The notes beneath the pieces were generated by a model. That model saw only the letters and a list, made by a program, of their open reading frames with translations. It was not told the origin of the DNA and searched no databases. Source: the human T2T-CHM13v2.0 reference genome, Homo sapiens. Taken from it: 64,000 nucleotides of DNA. Position 1 is the first letter of the stretch. Each line of letters begins with the position of its first letter. Where the stretch lies: assembly GCF_009914755.1 (NCBI RefSeq), contig NC_060925.1, one strand, 5' to 3'. This document shows, one piece after another, positions 45,501-64,000 of the stretch. The translations under genes and the position numbers were made by a program.

Positions 45501-46077
45501 CAGTGAGAGACCCGGGGCCCAGCAGAAGGCCAGACTCTGAGAGCGTCAGGAGGGGCAGGCTGGAGCTCCGAAAGGGATAGGAACTGCCTGGGCAGCTGGC
45601 GACGCCGTCTGGACAGCTGTTAAGGAGGCCCCTCAGAGGAAAGGATCACAGTTTCACAGGAATTTCCCCTCATATTGCCAATATTTCTTAGCGAGGTCCC
45701 TGGCCAGAGACTGTTATAAGCAAATCTCCATGTCATCGTCTGTGAAATGGGGAGAATAATCTTGCCTAAAGTCCTTAACCCTGTGCCTGGGTTGCAGGAG
45801 ACACTCAATATTTTTGTATTTTTGTTTTTTCAAGCCCTGAGGTGCTAGCACTACTGCTAACTTTAAAAAGAAAGAAAGACTGGGCGCAGTGGCTCAGGCC
45901 TGTAATCCCAACACTTTGGGAGACCGAGGCGGGGCGGATCACCTGAGGTCAGGAGTTCGAGACCACCCTGGCTAACATGGTGAAACCCTGTTTCTACTAA
46001 AAATACAAAAAATTGGCCAGGCGTGGTGGCTCACACCTGTAATCCCAGCACTTTGGGAGGCCGAGGCGGGCCGATCA

Positions 46078-46458
<381 letters not shown>

Positions 46459-47029
46459 CTACTTCCTCCCATACATAAGAAACTTGGGTTGGGGAAATCC
46501 TTTGGTCCACCTTAAATGCTGCAGCTGTGTAGCTGGCGTCCCTCCTCGACCTCGCAGCTGGAAGTCCCTGCCTGAGGGCGCCCTCTGTGCAGCCCACTTC
46601 TGGCTGAGTCCAGACCTCAAGAACCCCATCAGCTATCCACCATCGTTTCAGCAAGTGTGTATTACCTGTACAGTGAGTTAGCTGGGCCCTGTGTTTGGTG
46701 CTGGGGCCCAGGGATGACTGGGGAAGATTCTGTTCACAGGGTTTTCAGTCTGGCAAGAGACACAATTAAGCTGGTAAAATTGCAGGACGAGAGCTGAGCT
46801 GATTTACCACAGGACCCATCTATTCATCCATCCGTCTTCTTTTTCTTTTGTAAATATTTTTGTGGAGATGGGGGTCTCCCTGTTTTGCCCAGGCTGGTCT
46901 TCAACTCCAAGCCTCAAGCAATGCTCCTGCTGCATGGCCTCCCAAAGTGCTGGGATTACAGGCATGAGCCACCATGCCCAGCTTATTTTATTTATTTATT
47001 TATTTATTTATTTTCTTTCTTTCTTTTTA

Positions 47030-47488
<459 letters not shown>

Positions 47489-47491
47489 TCA

Positions 47492-47701
<210 letters not shown>

Positions 47702-47748
47702 TCATGGCCATAATCCTAGCACTTTGGGAGACCGAGGCAGGAGGATCA

Positions 47749-48060
<312 letters not shown>

Positions 48061-48225
48061 TCAAGAGATCAAGACCATCCTGGCTGACACGGTGAAACCC
48101 TGTCTCTACTAAAAATACAAAAAAATTAGCGGGGCATGGTGGCAGGCACCTGTAGTCCCAGCTACTTGGGAGGCTGAGGCAGGAGAATGGCATGAACCCA
48201 GGAGGTGGAGCTTGCAGTAAGCCTA

Positions 48226-48569
<344 letters not shown>

Positions 48570-48869
48570 TCAAAAAAAAAAAAAAAAAAAAAAGAGAAGA
48601 AAAGAAAAAAAGAATAAAGGAATAAAACAATGGTACTTCATAGATACAGAAGCCTTTTTTTAATTTTTTATTTTGAGACAGGTCGGCCTCTGTCACCCAG
48701 GCCTGGAGTGTAGTGATGTGATCAGGGCTCACTGCAGCAGCTTTGCCCTTCTGGGCTCAAGCAATCCTTCCATCTCAGTCTCCCAGGTAGTTGGGCACAG
48801 GCATGTGCCACCATGCCCTAATTTTTTTTTCTTTCTCATCCTCTTTCAATCCTGTTATTTATTTATTTA

Positions 48870-49156
<287 letters not shown>

Positions 49157-50093
49157 TAGCCAGGATGGTCTCGATCTCCTGACCTCGTGATCCACCCACC
49201 TTGGCCTCCCAAAGTGCTGGGATTACAGGCGTGAACCACCGCGCCTGGCTGAGTTCAAAACCATTATGAGCAACAGAGGAAGACCTCATCTCTATCAAAA
49301 ACTTAAAAAAAAAAAAAATTAGCTGGGTGTGGGGTCTTGGCCCTGTAAGTCCCAGCTACTGAGGAGGTCAAGCAAGAGAATCACCTGAGTCCAAGAGTTC
49401 AAGGTTGCAGTGAGCTGTAATCCCACCACTGCACTCCAGCCTGGCAACAAAGCAAGACCCTGTCTCGAAAAAAAAAAAAAGCATAAATTGTAAAATTCCA
49501 GACCAGCAGCAGCAGCTGGGATGGGAATTTGGTAGAAATGCAGATTACCAGGCCCCACCCCATACATACTGAATCTGAAACTCTGGGTGGTGGGGCCTAG
49601 CCATCTTAGCAAGCTTTCTAGGTGATTCTGATGCATGCTAAAGTTTGTGAACCACTAGAAGGTATATAAACAGAGAAAACTATGCTGTTAGAATGAGGGT
49701 GGTGTTACCCTTAGATTAGTGACAGGCCAGGAGCACATGGGAGGCTAACAGCGGTTCCTGGGTGCTGGTAATACTCTGTTGCTTGATCTGGGTGCTGGTT
49801 ACATGGATGTGTTCAGTTTGGGAGAATTCATCGAGCCATACATTCATTTATTTACTTATTTACTTATTTTTTGAGATGGAGTTTCGCTCTTTTTGCCCAG
49901 GCTAGAGTGCAGTGGTGTGATCTTGGCTCACTGCAACCTCCGCCTCCAGGCTCCAGTGATTCTCCTGCCTCATCCTCCTGGGTAGCTGGGATTACAGGCA
50001 TGCACCACCACGCCCAGCTCATTTTGTATTTTTAGTAGAGATAGGGTTTCACCATGTTGGCCAGGCTGGTCTTAAACTCCTGACCTCAGGTGA

Positions 50094-50466
<373 letters not shown>

Positions 50467-51199
50467 TAGCCAGGATGGTCTTAAACTCCTGACTTCGTGA
50501 TCCGCCCACCTCGGCTTCCCAAAGTGCAGGGATTACAGGCGTGAGCCACTGCACCTGTCCTTCTGTGTGTATGTTATGTTTGAAAACAAAGTTTAAAAAA
50601 GGGAACTGCTCTGGTTGAAGCCCTGGGAGGGGCAGGGAGATGGAAGGCAAGGAGCCCATCCACAGCTCTGTCCTTCTCCTGCAGGCAGCCCTTGAGGGCT
50701 CCTTAGAGTATTAGCTTGAAATCCTTCATCTGTCCCAACAGAGCTCTGAGAAGGTCAGTGACTTGCCCAAGGTTCTGCAGAGCCAGCACTAGAACTCAGG
50801 TCTCCTGACTCCCAGGCCAGGGCCCTGGAGGCTAGTCCTTTCCTGAAGGGCTGGTGTCACGAGTAAGGACAAGGGGTGGCTAGGCAGCCTCCTTCCTGAT
50901 CTCAGCTCCCTTAACATGAGTCTTGGGAGGAGGGCCAAGACTCTGGTATGAATGATGCTTTTCTCATCCTGGAGCAACTTCCTTTCTGGGAATTGGGTGT
51001 CTCCTTCTGGGCAAAGACAATAAAATTCATCCAAAGGGCCAGAGGAGCAGGGTTCCTCCGGCCCCCACCCAGATGGGCATCACGTGGCTCCCAAGTTAGC
51101 AGTCCAGGAAAATTCCAGCCCTTGCATACTTGGCCTCACACACCCATCTGCTCACTCACCCTGGCACATTCAGCCCCCCTAACCCACCTTGAACATTGA

Positions 51200-52505
<1,306 letters not shown>

Positions 52506-52736
52506 GGAACACCTGTGCCCCCCGACTCCCCGCCCCCTCTCCCAATGCCGCTTCCCCTGCCTGCCTGGGAAGAGGAAAGGGAGGGGTGCCCCAGAGGCAC
52601 CAGCTCCTGGCGGGGGAGGAGGAACATTCAGGTTTCTGAGAGCTGAATTCCAAGAGTGCAAAACCCCAGCATCCTGTTTCCTCTGCTGACCCAGCTGGGA
52701 GGGGGAGGAGGAGGAGCTCACACCCTCAAACTCCTC

Positions 52737-52742
52737 AATAAA
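52737..52742 (+). terminator. FAM167B: FAM167B polyA signal
   Basis: AATAAA about 230 nt after the stop. Confidence 0.8.
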
Positions 52743-52869
52743 CGCTTTCTCTGGTTCCCATCAAGGTCTCTTGCAGTCGTTTATTCAGGCCCAAGGCCGC
52801 TATCTGAATGTCGCCTGTCACTGGGACCACCCTAGTTCACTGCAGGCCCATGGGAGGTGACTTAGGTAA

Positions 52870-53655
<786 letters not shown>

Positions 53656-55049
53656 TAACCCCTGAGTCTGTTTCCTCACCTCCACAATGGAGATGCTGAT
53701 TCTCACTCCACAGGCAGCAGATGTGCCTTACGGGAGATAGTGCACAGTGAGCGCTCAGTGAATATGAACTATTACTCACTCCCAGCGCGGCAGTCTTTCT
53801 ACTCTGTGCTGAGACAGGGAGATGGACCGTGAAGTGTTCAGGCTTACATTGCAAGGGAGTCTGGGCCCTGCACCAGGCTTGGAGCTCCAACTCTAGGCTC
53901 TGTGTCACTGTGAAGGTTTTTCACTTTGTCTCTCTCAGCCTTTGTTTCTGTGTTACCCTCTTTGTCTGACTTTCCAACTCAGGCTTCCTCTTCCCCCCAC
54001 CTATTTCCTGCCCCCACTTCTCTCTGCAGCTGAGGTGCACACAGCATCGCTTCCACCTCACAAGCCCCAACAATGCTCTGTGGGTTCCCCTCCCCCTACC
54101 AGCTCACTCAGGCAGTGACGCATGTGCACTTTCCTCCTGGTGGGGTCAAGGCCGAGTTCTTGGACCTGATGAGGCCACCTGGAGTTCCTCATATCACTGG
54201 TGACCTGGCCCTCAGCTAATGATGGGTGCCCCCTCAGCCTGGCCCCAGGGGAAATGGAAATTCTTTGCCTGCCTGCTGCTCGTGACAATCTTCTTGCCTC
54301 CTGCTTATAACAGAAAGTCCTGACAGTCTGTGGCCTGCACCTGGGGGCCTGAGCGGCCCTGTTTGCTCTGTCTTCCACCTGTTGCAGGAGATAGTGCCAA
54401 GCCCTCCACCTCTGCCAGGGGCTGTGGCCTTGCCTCTACCTGAATTCGAACTGTTGCCCTACTCTCCAACCATGATTAATGGGTGTTGTCCTGGCCTCTG
54501 ACTACAGCAGGGGCCGTTACTATGCCCTCTTGAAGACATGAGGTTGTCCTGTCTGCCTCCTGAAACAGGCTGTTTTCCAGCATTCTGTCTGTAAGAGGGA
54601 TGGTAGCCTGCCATTCACCTACCCTTGACTATAATAAAGCTACTGTTCCATGCCCTGAGATGACATGGGAATTGTTCTCTCGGCCTGACCTGACTGTAAC
54701 ATGCATGGTCTGCTCACCAGCTATTTAACAGGGATATTGTCCTCTCCTCTGACTCTGAACGATGCTACCTTTGCTGCCAGACAGAAACAAAAGGGTCTCT
54801 CAGCTGCAACGGTGGTGCTGAGGTGCTGTTTGCCTCTCACCATAAGCTGAGTGTGTGTCCGCTTGCCCCCTGCTCACTGGGCCCAAAGGCTGCCCTTGAA
54901 TCTCTTGCCCAGATGCACCCTGGAGGGCAGAAGGGAGGGTCTATCAGACATCCTCCCCTCAACTTTAAACCTCCCAGTGTCACCCTGGGACAGTAGGGGA
55001 AGATGGACCTGGTCTGGAGATGTAGGGGACCCCCAGGGGCTGAGAGGCA

Positions 55050-55275
55050 GGGGTCTATGGTGGCAGGAAGCTTGGCGTGCTAGAGGGTTGTGGTTGGGCT
55101 GCTGGGGCCCGGTTGGCTGCGGAGCCCTCCGGAGGAGGCAGGAAGTCAGGGTGGGACGTGGGCGCGGGGAGACAGGTGGTGGCTACGACGGCGAAGGGAG
55201 CTGAGACTGTCCAGGCAGCCAGGTTAGGCCAGGAGGACCATGTGAATGGGGCCAGAGGGCTCCCGGGCTGGGCAG
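55050..55275 (+). promoter_or_regulatory. LCK: LCK distal promoter and non-coding exon 1 (about 55140-55275); rest of the window is LCK intron 1
   Basis: Exon sequence GTCAGGGTGGGACGTGGGCGCGGGGAGACAGG...CCGGGCTGGGCAG|GTAAGG recognised as LCK distal 5' UTR. ETS sites CAGGAAG 55064-55070 and CAGGAAGT 55139-55146; RUNX TGTGGT 55089-55094; synteny with FAM167B. Confidence 0.8.
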
Positions 55276-55793
55276 GTAAGGAGCGCTGGTATTGGGGGCG
55301 CAGGCGCCGGGGTGAGAGGCCTGATAGCAGACGGCTGCAGCTGTGCGGGCCCAGGCTCCCTAGGGATGCAGCAGCCCTTTGTGGCTGGGGAGAGAAGATC
55401 CTCGCTCAAGGTCAGGTGGGAGGCAGGCAGTGTAGCTGGGTCGCCTCTTTCCTGCGAAGCTGGTGTCGCTTGCCTCTGTCGTGCTGTCCACCAGTGGCCC
55501 CACCTGACTGGGAGCGTGTTTCCTGGACACCAGGCACATGGACAGTCAGGTGTTAAAAAGGCTTCCAGAAACCACCAAGCCCAGTCCCTCAGGCCATGAG
55601 GATGAGGCTCCTGAGGCCCAGAGAGAACAAGGCACTCACTGCCCACGGTTTCTCAGCAAGGCAGTGGCAGGGCTGAGAGTGATGGCTGAGGCTGTGGCCA
55701 CCCCGCCTGGAGCAGGGTGATGGACAGGCTGGACTCAGAGGACCCAGGAATCCTTCTGGTTTCTGGGGCAGACCCCAGTGACAAGAATCTCCT

Positions 55794-55798
<5 letters not shown>

Positions 55799-55839
<41 letters not shown>
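55799..55839 (+). repeat. (GA)n dinucleotide microsatellite (~20 units)
   Basis: agagagag... read directly. Confidence 0.95.
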
Positions 55840-55845
<6 letters not shown>

Positions 55846-56985
55846 TCACCCAAGGCATCCAGATGGACATGCGAGGAGTGATTTTAGCCTCAGCGATCGA
55901 GGGAAGAATCTCCTGATGGGCGTGAACTGATATGTGTGGGGGTGTCCATCATCTGGGATGGAGCTCCAGGGTGGATGGACATATCTGATCTGAGTATGGG
56001 AAGTTGGAAGTGAAAGAGAATGATGGGAGAAAGGAAGAGGAAGTACTATTTTTATCCCAGACAGGGGTGCAGTTGGTCCTGGGTGAGGAAGCGCTGAACT
56101 TCCATCTGGAAAGTCACCATTCCTGCCCCTGCCAAGCGTCACAGCAGGATGTCCTCCCCTCGCCCCTGGCTCCCTCCCGCTTCAGCCCTGCCTGTGTAGG
56201 GCCAGTTGGTTTTGCTGATTCCTGCTTCAAACCCCAGGGAGGTGGAGAGAGACTGGGGAGGCATAGTTGCTACCTGCTCACCTCCTCACTTTTTAACTCT
56301 GAGCCTTAATTTTTTTGGGAAGTCCTCACTCAGCCAGATTTCCAGGTTTCCCCTGCTTCGTTGGAGTTTTTCTTGACACACACTTTCCGCCTAGTCAGCT
56401 GGTCCCAGCCTTTCTCCTGTCTACAGCTCCAAGTCCTGTAGCCTCTTGTGGGGGCTAGGGAACATGGTGGCTCTCCTCGCACTTCAGGGAGGGTCATTCA
56501 CCCTGGACAGGCATGAGCAGTTCCTTCCACCCAGCCCTATGCTGACAGACGAATCAGACAGGGTCCCTTGCTCTTGGGCCCCAGGAACAGAGGCTCTTCT
56601 CAAAGAGAGAAGGGCCAAGTGGACAAGGGCCAAGAACAGGCTGAGCATTGGTTCAGAGGAGGGGAGAAGGTGTCTCTTAAGATCTGGAAAGCTTCCTGCA
56701 AGAGTCAAGACAGTTCTGAGAAGGAGAAAGACCCATTTTCAAGAGTGCGTAGGACATGAAGCCAAGGTCACTATCCCTGGATTCTGTTCCTTGGGTACCA
56801 CGAGGGCAGAGACCTCAGAGCAAGACCAAAGGCCAGAGAGCCCACAGGTGTGGTGTGGAGCAGAGAATGTGCATTTCAGAGACAGGCCGACCCAGTCACA
56901 ATTCCGCTGGACCATTTCCTTGAGCAAGTGGCTTCATCTCTCTCTCTGAGCTTCAGTTTACTTATCTGTAAAGAGGCAATAATCA

Positions 56986-64000
<7,015 letters not shown>

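Noticed and set aside
56446-56949. 167-aa ORF in LCK intron 1
   Set aside because: Non-ATG start and no SH3/SH2/kinase features; LCK coding exons lie beyond the window.

Overview
Human (primate) genomic DNA, GC-rich and very Alu-dense. From the recognisable proteins it is the chr1p35 block TXLNA(3' UTR)-CCDC28B-IQCC-DCDC2B-TMEM234-EIF3I-MTMR9LP-FAM167B-LCK(distal promoter, exon 1, intron 1). I assembled the exon chains by hand and each closes in frame: CCDC28B 200 aa (+), IQCC 466 aa (+), DCDC2B 349 aa (+), TMEM234 140/164 aa (-), EIF3I 325 aa (+), FAM167B 163 aa (+). A 10-exon MTMR9-like unprocessed pseudogene (-) carries stops, frameshifts and dead splice sites. I found no convincing wholly new gene or prokaryote-style system; most ORF-track entries are Alu or GC-rich noise. 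Most notable: two U12-type (minor spliceosome) introns (CCDC28B, EIF3I); RFX X-box motifs at the IQCC, DCDC2B and TMEM234 starts; three convergent polyA-signal pairs, one with no recognisable partner gene, predicting an antisense RNA between FAM167B and LCK; a GC-AG alternative donor in IQCC; the decay record of MTMR9LP in the MTMR9-FAM167-Src-kinase paralogon; and several Alu-mediated rearrangements. Gene names and reference comparisons come from recall, not a database search.
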